From the NCBI RefSeq assembly GCF_009914755.1, contig NC_060925.1: DNA of 64,000 nucleotides, one strand, 5' to 3'. Source of the stretch: the human T2T-CHM13v2.0 reference genome, Homo sapiens. Positions 27,230 to 41,769 of this stretch are shown one piece after another. The notes under the pieces were generated by a model. It searched no databases, was not told where the DNA came from, and was given only the letters and a program-made list of their open reading frames with translations. Made by a program: the position numbers and the translations under genes. Every line of letters starts with the position of its first letter. Position 1 is the stretch's first letter.

Positions 27230-28200
27230 AATGAGATACTGCTATGCACATAACCAGAGTGGCTAAAATTAAAAGGATAGGTAATAAAATACTGGTGACA
27301 ACCATTTTTGAAAACTCGAAATATCTACTAAAGTTGAGCATATAGCTATTCTTTGATGTAGTAAACTCGCTCCTAGTTAACATACCTGAGAACATGTACA
27401 TAGGTATGTTAAAAGATATGTACAAGAAAGTTCATGGAACACTGTATGTAATAGCCCAAAAAACTATAAATCATCCAAATGTTCAACAGCAGCAGAATAT
27501 GTTGTGTTGTATTCATTTAGTGGAATATTGTATAGTAATAAAAATGAACAAGCTACTGCTGCCTGCAAAACATGGGTAGTGTACATCATAATTATTGGAA
27601 GAAGCCAAACCAAAGTAGAATACATCTGATATGATTCCATTTATGTAACTTGGAGGAAGCGTGAGTATGGCTTCTAGAGTGTTGATAATATACTGTTTTT
27701 TATCTGGGTAATTATTTCACAGAGATGTCCAATTTGTGGTATTTTATGGAGCTTTATACTTAGGTTTTGTGTCCTTTTGTGTGTGTGTGTAATATTTTGA
27801 TAAGAAGTTTTATTAAAATCTAGGTTTGCAAGCCAACACTGCTCCATGAATTATAAGAAAAAATATATGAAGTCATTAAAAATGAAATCATAAAGAAATG
27901 TATGAAGTAATTTGTTACTGATGTGAGAGAACATGATTGTTAAGCCATAAAAGGAAGATAGAGAACAATGAATAGTATTAAATAAAAGTATGAATAGTAT
28001 TGAATAAAAATATGAATAGTATTGAAAAAAATACAGACTAAGTATAATATTTATATATATATGCTTGTAGATGTAGCTAGTATCTCTGGAAGGATATCGA
28101 AGATAATACTGTGAGGGGTTGGTAGGGGAAAATAGACTGGGTGACAGAGTTGCAGGGGAATTTTTAATCTTTAATACCACTTTTATACCATGATCATGGA
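27230..28200 (+). mobile_element. Old L1ME-like 3' fragments
   Basis: ccagagtggctaaaattaaaag, atccaaatgttcaacag, atatgattccatttatgtaa. Confidence 0.6.
27968..28032. repeat. 22-bp unit x3 minisatellite (ATGAATAGTATT...)
   Basis: Units start at 27968, 27990 and 28012. Confidence 0.85.
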
Positions 28201-29670
28201 TTCCTATTTTAGAAAACATTTTATTATTTGAAGCAGATGTTAGTGTTTTTCTAAGTTGTGGTAGTCTATGCTTGTTATTATAGATAAATACAGTAAGAAC
28301 ATGTTCACTAATGAAGAAGATAATATTGCAATGAGCTACTTAAAATATTTAAATACATTTAAACATTTGAATAGATACTGTTCTATAAAACTAATTTTAC
28401 CAATTTACAATTATTTTTTCAATAATAGTATCAAGATGTCTACTAAAATAATCTCACATTTCAAAATGTTGAGTTTTAATTAGTAAGTCATTTTGGCTAA
28501 TACATAAATTTATAGATAAAATTAAGTAGCATTTAAATGATTGTTTAGATATATATCTGGACTCTCAAGCCGTGTGATCTGTGGTTATATAATATTTTAG
28601 TAAAATGACTTTTCTTGTTTATTCTCCTGAGTGTCCTAATTCTTTTGTATTCTCTTTCATTAACCTGTTGATATAGATTTTTCAAACTGTAAACCTATGT
28701 ATAGGTATTTGTGGTATTTGTCATTGTTATATTTTAGAACTATTTGCCTTTGTATGTTTTTTGACCACAGATAAGGTAGAAAGAAATTATTTCCTTATCA
28801 TAGACTGTCATCATAATAACAGGAAAGGGATAATAGTAATAAAGGCAGTCTTTTGGAGCATTTAACATAATATTTGATTGACAGATTTCCTACAAATACT
28901 GTGTTTATTCAATTTTATGGGTATATTTTTTCGCATTTTAAAATCTCAGAAATTTGATGTGTCCTGCAATAGTCTATCTTCCGTAGTTCAATTGGCAACA
29001 TCTTATTAGTCATACATAAAACAATAGTGCATTTTATAATTAATGGTGTATTTGATACCATAAAATGTATGGGAAATATTCTTCATATTATATCTTGAAG
29101 TTTACCTGAGAATTTTGTGGTTTTGGACTAGACTACACGTTGGTTTCTATTCTAAAAATTTTGGTGTCAGAAGTTAAGTGTAGTATGAAAAATGTATTTT
29201 CTGAATGTTCCTATTTTAAGATTGTATTAGAAATAATAAGCTTTATGGGAGTTCTTTTGGATAATTCAGTAACCCCCTTGTTGAGATTTACAACGTACCT
29301 GTTTTATGGAGTGATTAATGTTAAAGTTGTATTCTCTAAATTTCTGTTTAAAACATTTTCTGATGGTACATGTATTTATAAAACTACATCTTGTTCTTTT
29401 GAGAATAAATTACATATCATACCTTTGCATGTTCAACATTGATCCCAAAGCCTGGATAATTTTTTTGAATGAAATACTAGTAGAATATTTGATTTATTAA
29501 ACAGGTAGTACCTGGCTCATGGCAGGTGCTTAAAAATATCTGTTGAGGGGCCATTTAATTTTGTTTAATCTGTGTAAGTTCTAGGAACAAAGTGAACTAG
29601 TAGTGTAACAGGTTGCAAAGTATGTGACAATAATGGGTATGTTTCTAAACTACATAATCTTAATTTCCAG

Positions 29671-29835
29671 CGTGCTCAGGCAGTTCTTCAAGCTGTGACA
29701 GCTGTCCAGACAGCAAATACTCCTCTTAGTGGCACCACAGTTAGCGAGAGTGCAGTGACTCCAGCCCAGAGTCCAGTACTTAGAATAATTATTGACAACA
29801 TGTACTACCCTGTAACACTTGATGTTCTTCACCAA
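29671..29835 (+). CDS. PTBP2: PTBP2 exon 6 (165 nt): RAQAVLQAV...[22 protein letters not shown]; RRM1-2 linker and start of RRM2
   Basis: tttccag|CGTGCT ... CACCAA|gtaagt. Matches ORF 29695..29877. Confidence 0.98.
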
Positions 29836-29921
29836 GTAAGTTTAATCTGCATAATTACCTATAAATTAGAGAAATAATAATATAGTAAATAAGTAATGTT
29901 TTGATTTTAATGTTTTAACAG

Positions 29922-30032
29922 ATATTTTCTAAGTTTGGTGCTGTATTGAAGATAATCACATTTACAAAAAATAACCAGTTTCAAGCTTTGCTCCAGTATG
30001 GTGATCCAGTAAATGCTCAACAAGCAAAACTA
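29922..30032 (+). CDS. PTBP2: PTBP2 exon 7 (111 nt): [37 protein letters not shown]; RRM2
   Basis: ttttaacag|ATATTT ... AAACTA|gtaagt. Preceded by an 86-nt intron. Confidence 0.98.
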
Positions 30033-32199
30033 GTAAGTCTTTCTTTTGAGATGGTGATTTTTTTTTATTGAAATGTATATGTAGAAAAATATATATATAT
30101 GTATGTATACTTAATGATATCTTGTAGCATTACAGATAGTAGAAATTGATGGCATTAATATTAAGAAACCTTAATATTTGTCATAAAAGAAATATTTATT
30201 TTTAGGAAAATCATAGTTGTAGTTAACCATGATGTGGGTTTCTATTATTTTACTTTTTTTTTTTTTTTTTAATTTAAGGACAAAAGTTTGTACTCTTAAG
30301 AAAAAAGCAGGACTATATTGTGAATGTGCACCAGCATAAGATTTGAAGTGGCTTTTGCTGGGAATTTCAAAGTAATTAGTTTTCAAAAGAGTTTGGCTGA
30401 AATATACAGATGTGGCTCAAATGCTATGATAGGCTCTCAGTTTATTTAAAACTATATATTCTCTTTAATGTCTTTTTTTTTAAAGGTTTTATGAATAGGT
30501 TTCTAGTCACTTTTTATTCATATCATTTATCTTTTTTGTCATTGTTACATATGGAGGATGTAAGGTCATTGAGAGATGTAAAATTTCCCATCAAGGCTGC
30601 CACTGAAAACTGCGCACCACATCTTTGCTTCCAAGTACCTTAATCTTCTGTTTGTATATCTTAAATCTACTTTTGCTCTGTCTCTTTAACTTTTTGTGCC
30701 ATAGTATCTCATTATTATTACTATTCCATTATTAAGCCATTAAAAATTCATTATTAAGCCATTATTATGAAACCATTTAATAAGCTTACATTTATCTTAA
30801 CTGGTTTTCTTCCTTTCATTCATTCTTTTACTTTCAGATTAATTATTGTCTCTAATACTTAAATGCTTCCTCCAGATCAAGATTACTTCTGTGGAGCCCA
30901 GACCATTTTTTACAATTGTTTCATTGCATTTCCATCCACACAACCTCATTTTGGGAGCAAAATTAGTTGTAGGTAGCAGAAAGGCTATACAAGTAATAAT
31001 AGCATAATTGTAATAGTTTACCAAGTGCCGTAGTCTCATTTTTTCTGACCACTACTCTATATTGTCAACAAAACAGGGTTTTCCCCTGCGTTACAAGAGG
31101 ATGCTAAGATTTAAAGAGGTGAATTACTTACAGTGAACACCACCTATAAGGTAGACATTTTTTCAGTCTTAGCCTTTCTCTCCAGTATGCTGCTTCTCAC
31201 TGGTTCTCGGGTATAATCTAATCTTACTGTGCTTTCCGCTTCAGGCATAGGTTAATAATTAGAATTCTTTTTTTTTGTCCAAAAAATGATTATCCTCCTT
31301 TCACATGCCCTGGCTACCAAAATCAATGTGGTATGAGGTTTTATGAATAGGAGACAATCTAGAAGTCATGGTTTCTGTGACATTTTTCACAACTTCAAAC
31401 GTTTAAATATAGTCTACATTTTTCTTGGTGTGGAATATTTTCCTTGCTCTTCTGACCCCAAAGAAAAGTATTTGTTAGAGGACCAATTAAATGAAATTTG
31501 AGTGGGGATTATACTGTGTTTGAGCTATAATTCTTAAGGGGAAAATTGTTTATATGTGTATCTTGTCTGAAGTAATACATAGTTACATTAAATCTCATAA
31601 AAGTACCTCAATTGTGTCAACTGTTTGACATTTTTGTTTAATCTTCTGTGAACAGATACTAAGCATCCAACTATGATATTGATGTTTGTGCACAGGTATG
31701 CACTCAGGTCTTCTTGACAAAGATCTAAAGGTATAATTCTAAGAGAGTAGATAATTGTTTTACTAAGTACTTATTCTGGTATCAGAACTCACACTTCACT
31801 TATTACAGAAGGAAAAAGAAATTTGTTTCCTAAACTTGCTTTGCCCCATTACCTTGTAATCTAGACCCTTTGGTAAAATTTGCATTTTTGATAACTACAG
31901 TAATGTTCATTTTACTTGCCTGCATCTGGGCTCTACTTAGAGAATATCACATAATATTACATAATCTGACAATTGGTACCAGTTTAAATCCATCAACGTC
32001 AACTACAAGTAAGCCCTCTACTCTACTTTAAAAATCTCTTCCCATTTCTTCAGTCAACAGTTTTTCTGTTTTTCACAATGCCTATGTCAGATAGAAATTT
32101 TCCCTTCTACCATATCTCTCCTCACTCTCACTTGCTTGAAGAGGAAAATCACATGGAAGCTTCATCAGCTTTTCTTGCAAAATCTGCTAATACTCACAC

Positions 32200-33870
32200 T
32201 TGTCTTTCTCTTTTAATAAAAGGCATAGATGTTTAGTTATCTAAGACCAATAAACACCAAAGCCTATCGTCTTCTGCCTGTCAAGAGACTGCACTATCTG
32301 TCATCCCCTTTCTCATTTATTTCTCTCTATATTGGCCACTTTTCACCAGTTTCAAGCATTCTCAGCTTCTTTCATTTTAAATGAATTTACCTTCAACTTT
32401 CAATCCATCCATCTATAACTCTACATACTTTCTATCACCCTGCCTCCCCTCTCCCTTTTCACTCATAACCAGACTTCTTAAATAGTCTATCTTTGTTGTT
32501 TATTATCTCATTTCTCTACTTACTATTATTTGGTTTTAGCACTGTTGACCCAAATTGCTCTTCCTCAGCGTCACCAGCGATTAGTAGAGTAGCTAAATGC
32601 TAGTGATATGATTTAGTCCTTGTCTTACTTAATACCTAGATAATATTTGGCACTGTGCACCATTGTCTTAAAATTCTCTTTCTTCCTGGTCTCTGATACT
32701 TCTCACCTGGATTTATCCTACCTCTCTATTTCTTCCTTGTCTTGTAACTCCCCTTCTACCTGGGAGGCCTCACCTGCTGTCACAGCTCCATTAAACCTCT
32801 ATGATTCAGACAGAGTTCACATCACATTTTCTAGCTCAGACCTCTCCTAAGAGACCCACACTAAGAACCTGGCGGACTAATGAATATCTTCAAACAGTGT
32901 GTTCAATCTAGCTCCTGTTTTTGGTGTCCGCTGTGTTAGGAAAGTGCAAGATACCAACTTCAGTCTCATTAACAAGCCAGTAAACATGGTATTTTTCCCT
33001 TTCCTTCCAACCTGTCATCAGATATTATTGATTATACCTCCTAAATTTTTGTTGAATCTGGCCTTTTTTCTCCAACTCTTGCTACCATTGCAGTCTAAGC
33101 CAGTGTTATTCAAGATGCTGGTCTCTCAAGGTAGTAGTGTGTGTCAAACTGAAATCAGCATACTTCTAGCAACAGTATGCTTAATGTCAATATTGGCATA
33201 AATTTTGACACAGACTTCTTATATTCATGCAGAGTAGCCTGGGCTTCTGGACCGTCAATCATAATTTAAGTAGCATTGATGTAGTAATAATTCTCTTTCA
33301 TATCTCCACTTCCTTGGCCTTCTGACTGAACTCACCATTTTGACATCTTCCCCTACCTCCATTATTTTTCCACAGAGTACTAGGAATCATCTCAACGTCA
33401 AGTCATATTGCTTCTAATCACAATACCCTTTAGTGACTTTTTTGTCCTTGCAATAAAGTCCACAGTCCTTATCATGGCTTATAAGACTCTAAATCAGTCC
33501 TCAGCTTGCCTCTCCATTCTCCTCTCATGCCTTTTTAGCTATATTGGACTTCTTTAAATAGCTTGCATATACTGTATTTTCTCTGATGTCTCGATCTTAC
33601 AGATTGCTGTTCCATTTGCTAATACTATTTTTTCTCTTCATCTCTTTATGCCCAACTTCTGCTTCTCTTTGTCTTTCAAGTATCAGTTTAGAAGCCTCTT
33701 CCTGAGATAAGTCTTCTGTAACATTTCAACTAGATTAGATCCCTTCCTTTCTTAGTTCTCAGTATCACACATAAAATTTATAATTTGTTAAATGTGTATA
33801 TTTTCTGTCGGACTGTAAGTTCTGAGTACCATGTCTGCTTTGCTTTCTGCTGTATTTATTAAACATTGAC
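32200..33870 (+). mobile_element. Degenerate L2 fragments
   Basis: CT-rich with L2-like motifs (cagacctctcct, ataaagtccacagtccttatcatggcttataagac, gactgtaagttct). Confidence 0.55.
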
Positions 33871-36800
33871 ATTCAGGGTGAAAATCAGAAGTCATAGTAA
33901 CAATCTTAATTATCAATAAAAAGTATTTTATGCGATCCTCATATTTATTAAAGAAAACACCTTAATACCTTTCAGAAAATCTTGTTTATTTATTGGAAAG
34001 TAGTGTATTAGGCAAAGATGCGTCTTCTCTTGGCTTTCTAATTCAGCTTTTATAATGTTGAGGAATATAATTACTTGATGCATAAAAATATCAATCTTTT
34101 TAATAGTATAATAAGACATATAATGTAATCTCCTTTTCACCTGGGATTTAAAAATTGTTTTTACATAGTCCTTACATTATAACACACATAAGTAGGAAAT
34201 GGTTCTTTTTGGTTTTTGTTATTAGAAACAGCTTTTCAGAAACATGTCTTTATTAGGAATATCTTTAGTTGACACTGGACAGTATATTGTTTCTTCTGGA
34301 AGTCCTGTTTATATGATCATTTTATTTTAACATATAAGTGGGTTGTTTCTTATTCTTTATTTCTTCCAGGAGATTCCATTTCATCACTAACTGATAATAA
34401 AAATAAATATGAGATAAAACATTTGCAGCAGTAAGATTATGTCATTCATTTCCTTCTCACAGAGTACACATTGCTTTATGCAGATTCTTTGAGAGACCTA
34501 ATGGAATTATCCTTTGCTAATTTCTTGGGCAAAGATTCTCCTTGACATCTGCTTAATTTACAATCTGTATATTTTACATTCATATTAATGGAGAATTTAT
34601 GATGAAATCAGTGGTTTTAGGATGCTTTAGGAAAATCCTGCATAATCTACCAGGGTGGGGTTATTTGATATTGGTAAATAATTAGTCTGAAGTATTACAT
34701 TAGTATTATAAGCTTAATTTTGTGTTGTTGATTTTGATAATTTTTCATGACTTGCCAAATATTAAAAAGTAGATATTTAAAGAATTTGGAAGTTAAGGTT
34801 TCTCTCAGTGTGTGTTAAATCTGATCCCCAACAATCTCTTCAAAAAAGTAAGTTATCAATAGTAAACGATGAGAAAAATGGAAATAGTTTTATTTTGGCT
34901 TTTCATGTTTTCAGTCCATATGCAGTGTTTCATTGTGCTGCTTTAATTATGCTTTCTGTGCCTAATATCTTTCCTGTGTTTTGATTTCCATGTTTTAGCC
35001 ATAAACTTTAAATTTACATGAAAACTTTTTTTTCTGATTGTTTTTGCTTACTGTCTAAACCTTCACTGTGAGTAGGCACATTTGGAAGGTCTTTCTGCAA
35101 ATTATCTTGAGCTTTTAATGTCAGAAATCTTTGCTCCAACAAGATCACCACATTCCTGATTGCTGAACCACAGGACTGGTTTGTGTGCTACTGCTATTTC
35201 TTGGGATTTTGCAAATACATGAGCTTGAAGTGAGCTTGCATATATTTTTTAAATTTGATTTTACTCCCTTTCTTATTTGTGGTCACCTCCTTTAACCAAC
35301 TATTTAAAATACCTGGATTTTTGCTCTCATACACCCTCAGCTCCTATTTCTTTCCTCTTTTGCCAACAGATGATTAATTTACATCTTGTTTGCTTATTTC
35401 TCTAGCTCTTGTACCTTAGGTATACTTCTGCATCTTCCACCTACATAAAGTTTTTGTTTTTGTTTTTAATGTTCAGAGGGAAAATTTCAAAGGGTCCTGG
35501 AGGGCTTTCTAACAATTGGCATATTCATTGTTAGATAATTTGGCAGTCGGACCTCAGTATTGCTGGGAAAGAATTCAACTCCTAAAAAACTTAGTGTGTG
35601 TTTAGTAATTTTGTATCAGCACTTTTAGCATTAACCTAGATACTGTGACTCAAACCCAGCTCTTTTCTCATAAGGTATCATTTTCTCTTTGATAACATTG
35701 AAGTAGTCACCTAAGAGTGAATTTTGCTACTTATCTTTTGATATTTATCTATTGTGTAGAAACATCAGTTCTATTACTTATCTCACATTTTCCCTATAGG
35801 AATGCTACATTAGTAAATGAATACCTATCTTCAGTGCTTTCTTCACCTTTACACCAGGGTATTCAATTAATAGTTATGTTATTCTGGCTGATAAAGTTGA
35901 TTGATACATGGCTTCCACTTTTATGTGATGATAGGTACCTTGCCTAACCCAAATGTAATTCAAATCCTGATGTGTATGAACTCTCTTTCAGTTTTTACCA
36001 GTGCTGTATTGAAGTGGATGAATCTGTGTTGAATTATTTTCTAGGTTAGTTTTTAGGTAGGTAGATTAGTCCATAAAAAAATTCGTATATTAAGAGAAAA
36101 GGTTTTATATTCCCAGAGGTGAGAATATTTGAATTAAAAGCTTTATATACTTGAGCAACTGTAGAGGTTTACTTTTTCCATAACACGACATGTTTATTCT
36201 TCTAATGAAAAGTTAACAGTATGTTCACCTGTTCTCTAGTTTGTTTCCAGCTTATATCCAGCTGAACTAGAAATGGTGATTATATAGGAGCAGAAAAAGT
36301 ACAAGATAATCATAGCGGTAACATAATCCTTTATAATTCATGATGTATTTTCACATATGTTGTCTTTAATTTACTCCTCTTAATAACCCTTGAAGAAGCA
36401 TGACAGCCATTGTCATCATTCCTGTTTTCCCGATTAAGAAATTGAGATTCAGAGAGGTCAAATAACTTGCTTAAGATGACCTAAAAGAGTCTAGGCTTTT
36501 AATTAATCCTAGACCTGGCACTCGTCAGTTTCAGAACTTTTCGGGAATGACATTGGATTTGCTAATTTCATCAAGATAATCTGATTGGGGGTGAACATTT
36601 CAGGTTAAGGAAAATACTAGTTTTTTTCTTTTTTGCCTCATTTTATGGGAATTGCTATTATGTGTTAGGATAATTTGGTTTGAAGCAACTTTGTACAATG
36701 TGGCATCAAATAGCAGTTACCTTCTAAAACTGTACTGAATCATATAAGTACTGCCATCCAGCAATAAATATATGTATAATAAAATTAACCTTATTGAGCA

Positions 36801-37144
36801 GAGTAGTGTGGTACTACTTTGGTAGGACTTCCTGTTTGTGATCCTTATTAGTTTTTTTAAAACTAACCTATTTGCAATTTTTAAAAATTAAAAGTATTAG
36901 CATGGATGCTTAGCTGGTTGTATTTTAGGTTGAAGTAGCATTTTCTATTTAAGGAAGATAATATTTGGGGGAAAGTAATACATGGACAGCTGGAACAGCA
37001 AAATTTGATATATGAAATTTGAATCCTTTTCCTGGTAGCTTTTAAGTTCGAGTTTTTGTTGTTGAGTTTTATTACTAAAATTATACTTTCACTAATTTTT
37101 ATTTTTTGTTTAAGATTGCTGATATGCTTTATTCACTTTTACAG

Positions 37145-37340
37145 GCCCTAGATGGTCAGAATATTTATAATGCCTGCTGTACCCTAAGGATTGATTTTTC
37201 CAAACTTGTGAATTTGAATGTAAAATACAACAATGATAAAAGTAGGGATTATACTCGACCTGATCTTCCATCTGGGGATGGACAACCTGCATTGGACCCA
37301 GCTATTGCTGCAGCATTTGCCAAGGAGACATCCCTCTTAG
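37145..37340 (+). CDS. PTBP2: PTBP2 exon 8 (196 nt): [21 protein letters not shown]...AFAKETSLL; end of RRM2 and linker
   Basis: cttttacag|GCCCTA ... CTCTTAG|gtatga. Matches ORF 37106..37402. Phase 0 to 1. Confidence 0.98.
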
Positions 37341-38851
37341 GTATGATTTTTATTGTCTTAACCACTTTTCTCCCATTTTGCCAAATGGAAAAGTACCAGT
37401 AAGTATAATGAATCCCCCCATTTTGGACCTTACCAAATTGTGTTAGGTTTCGTGAGTTTTCTTTTTCTCAAGTGAGAAGGCATATGAATACTGTTAAGAA
37501 AAACCCAAAGTATTCTTTATAAGTCTAATTAAAATTATATGTTAGTTTTGTTCCTTTTAATACCTTCAGCTTCTCTTCCATGCCACTCTCCCAGAACAAA
37601 AGAAGAAAAGCTCTAATGAAGAAATACTGTTGAATTCTTAATGCCATATTTACACTTTAAACTTGATGTCACTATGCCTGAGTCTAGGCCTAAAGTTCTT
37701 GTGTGTGTTTTTCAGTGCTGATCTGATTGTTTTAATTTAGCATTGCATGGAAACAGTGAAATGTTAAGAGACAAAACATACATAATGGGTGGAGGCATAT
37801 GGGATTTTTTTTGAAGCATATTGTAGTGGCCTTTTAAAAAAACAATTTAAACTAGAAGAAATTTTCTGTAAAATTAATTTTGCTATTTCTTTGCATTTTG
37901 TCTTAATCATTTATATTTTACTTTGTACCACAATGGACTTGAGCCACCTAATAAAAATACAGTGCAAACATATGCAACTTATAGTTGATAGCGTGGAATC
38001 AAGATGAAGAAAAAAATAAGGAAAATCTTACTTTGTAAGTAAAATGTGCAAAGTGATTTATAAGTTAAGATGGAATTTTAGAGTTTCCTTTTATTTGATG
38101 TATTTCTTGATTTCTAGTATTGGTAAGATTATCTTTAAGTCATGATTTTTATATATATGGAACTCAAAATTGATAGTTGACAAACTAGCTTTTACAATTT
38201 AGTTTATGTCTGTCATTTCAAAAGAAAAAATAGTATAATTAAGTAGTTATTGGAAATATTTACTTCCCAATATATAACAGTCATGCCATCAGTTTGTGAA
38301 TATGAAATCTGTAAGTGGTATATATGTAGAGAGAGATACTCTAAGGCAGTTGGTATTTGATTCTGGTAACTAATCAGAATTAACTACCTGTTAATTCTGG
38401 CAGCTGCAAACAAATCTGACCCTTTATTCGAATTTTCTGGTGTATCCTAGCAGAAGTCATAGTGTTTATTATGACTGTAGTAGATGCTTTAGGTCACTTA
38501 CACTCTTTCCTGACAGAATCTCTACTACCTCTGTGTGTGTCTAGCTTAATTCGTAATTCAAGTTAATAAGATTGAATATTTCACAGTGTGCAGTTTTTAA
38601 AGGCAAAGTCAGGAATGAAAGAGTGAAACATGGTTTTTGCTTATAATTATTACTATAGATTATTAAACTCTTTACTGATAGACATTGTTTTAGAAAGAAT
38701 CAAAATTTATTGAGTAGCTTCTAGGTCATATTCATTCAGCTAGGCACTTGGCAGATACATTACTTTGTTAAAATAGATGGTCTCATCAAGATTTTACATA
38801 TAGTTTCTAAGAAGTTGAAAAATTCACATGCAACTCATCAAAGAAACAATT

Positions 38852-38909
38852 TAAAGATAAAATACCAAGAAACTCCAGCTAAAGATAAAATACCAAGAAA
38901 CTCCAGCTA
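38852..38909. repeat. Perfect 28-bp tandem duplication
   Basis: TAAAGATAAAATACCAAGAAACTCCAGC x2. Confidence 0.95.
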
Positions 38910-39068
38910 GTATTAACAATGGACTACAATAATCACTTCTTTGGACCCTACTGAGGTGTGTGTATTTGCCCATCTGGATATACTTAGATGTGCTTGGATC
39001 CTGGGTGGGAGGCTTGGTTAGAAGTCACGTGGATTCTTCTAGGGAATTTATCACCATTTTTCTTGTGA

Positions 39069-39407
<339 letters not shown>

Positions 39408-41769
39408 GCTTTTGTTCATTTTTTGAGCGTTGTACATTTTTACATTAAAGGCGTGTAAATTAAGTTGCTCCCTTTGCCAAAAAATTGTCTAGTGTCTTTT
39501 TCCACTTCTGTGTTGAATTTTTTAGTATAACGCATTTTTGTTTCTTCATCTCTGCCTCATAAGAAAAAGGAAAAAGTGTTTAGCCTTTCCTAAGTGACTT
39601 CTTTTTTTTATCTGTTTTAATGTTTTTGCATCTTGTTATAACTGGGCTTTTTAACTATACTCAAAAATAGGTTAAAAGTAGGTGAGTTAAAGGTTTTAAA
39701 AATCAGATAATGGACCCTGGTTTTGATAATTCACAAGAGATAACCATTTATTTTCATATTTTTTATGTAAATACATGTTTCTGTACAAAATTAAAATTGC
39801 TCTGTATTTGCAGATTTGCATTATCTTTTATTGTAATTGACATTTTACTTAGAATTTGTTTTAAAAGATAGCTTTAATACCTGCGTAGCATGTTCATGGG
39901 TATGCCATACCTTTGAAAGTGGACATGTAGGCTATTCCATACTTTTTATTAAAACACCCTTGTACTTTTTTGCCTCTCAAATTATTTTCTTAGACTAGAT
40001 TCCTAGAATTAGAATTATTGGGTCAAAGAAAATGTTAAAGCCTGTTTACTTTATTTGCAAATTTCTTCATCTAAAGGTGATATTAACTTAAACTAACATT
40101 AATTATATATGAGGCTGGGTGTCCTACTTTTTCCCCTGCCAGCATACTATTTTTTAATTTCACAAGATTAATTTGATAGGCAAATGCCTATTTTAATTTC
40201 TGTTAAGATTTAGTTTACAATCTTTAAATGTTTATTTGATAGTCACAATTTGCTAAATTGCTTGCCTGCATTCTTTCTGTTAGGATGTACGGTAATTCTT
40301 ATAAAATGCATAGTAAGGATATTAATATGCATATTTTGGATGAGCCAAGCCTTCAGCTTTATTCACTTATGTTAGGTCAGTTTTTGGAAAAGTATTTTTC
40401 AATAATCTCTCTTTTTAAATAATTGATCTCAATCCCAAAGTATTCATTTGTAGGACATGAAGACACAATTTTCTTCTTCATACGTTTGGTGAATATTTTG
40501 ATCTCAGTTTCCACTTCTCTTTTTGCTTTTTAAACATTGTTTACGGTGATATCCAATATTGCATGAGTGAGGTCATGCCTTTTAGAATAATAACTGAATC
40601 TTTTCTTCTAATTATTTAATCAGATGACTTCAGCAAACTAATATTGGTGGGATTAACTTCCTGCTCAGTCTTCCAGTAACAGTACTTGTTCAAAATGAAA
40701 TAATTGATAGAGTATTTATTTCAAAAATTTTTAAGAACACAAATATAAGGTGATACTCTTTTGCTAAAATTTGTGGGGGGCTTCACTTTACCTTGTATGA
40801 TTTTTATATTAGATCTAGCTACTTGACTGAATTTAATTACTTTAGAATCAGTACTATAAATTTTAATTGATTTATTTTACACAGTAATTTTTTAAGACTA
40901 ACATTTATGTCTGGCTTTTCTGTTTCCTTTAATGCTAGGTATCACAGTGTCTCAGAAAATGTAATTTGTTCAAAGAAAGGAGACTGAGTGCTTTGTAATG
41001 AGTTTAAAATCTGACATCTAAAATACATAATCACAAATGTGGCCGACTATTAGTCATTCACATATTCTGTTTCAAAGAACACAGTGATCAAAAATCCTTC
41101 AGATTATAAATTGAGACATCATTATAATGGATCATTTTATCATGTTAAGAGGTGTAGTTAATTTATTAAGGGGTAGATCACTTTTAGAAAAATTGCTGGA
41201 AGTAATTTTTCATGATCATGTTATCTACATTCTAAAAATTAGGAGAGAGACTGTGTACAAAGAGTGTTTATTTTAGAGCTTTCCTTGTATTTCAAATTGA
41301 ATAACAGGCATTCTCATCATAAAGTTTTTAAAAGAAAGGCAAAGCAGACTTTCTGTAGGAAATCATTGACGTTAAAATAGTTATAATTGTGAACAGATAC
41401 AACATTTATTCATGAAGGTAAACATGTAGGTCTTATAGAATATTGTTTCTCAAAATTTTGCTGCACGTTGAAGTCACCAGATTCTACCCCAGGCTGAGAA
41501 TAGTTAAAGAGTGGGTCACAGGCATTCCTATGTTTTTAGGATCTCAAGATGGTTTTACTATGTAGCAAGAGTTGAGAATTACTGCTACAGAAAAGAGCTT
41601 GTAACTTAATGTCATTTAAATCTATTTTGGTACAGTTCTCCTGGCACAATTTTAATTAGCTGTTAAACTGAATTTATAATTTTCTATATGTTTGTGATAC
41701 ATAAAATTAACTGGAAAACTTTGATTTTCTTTCTTTGTTACATTTGTATGGGTTATTCATTTGGTAATA

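Noticed and set aside
27968-28032. Spaced 12-nt direct repeats, superficially CRISPR-like
   Set aside because: A simple 22-bp eukaryotic minisatellite with near-identical spacers. No cas genes.
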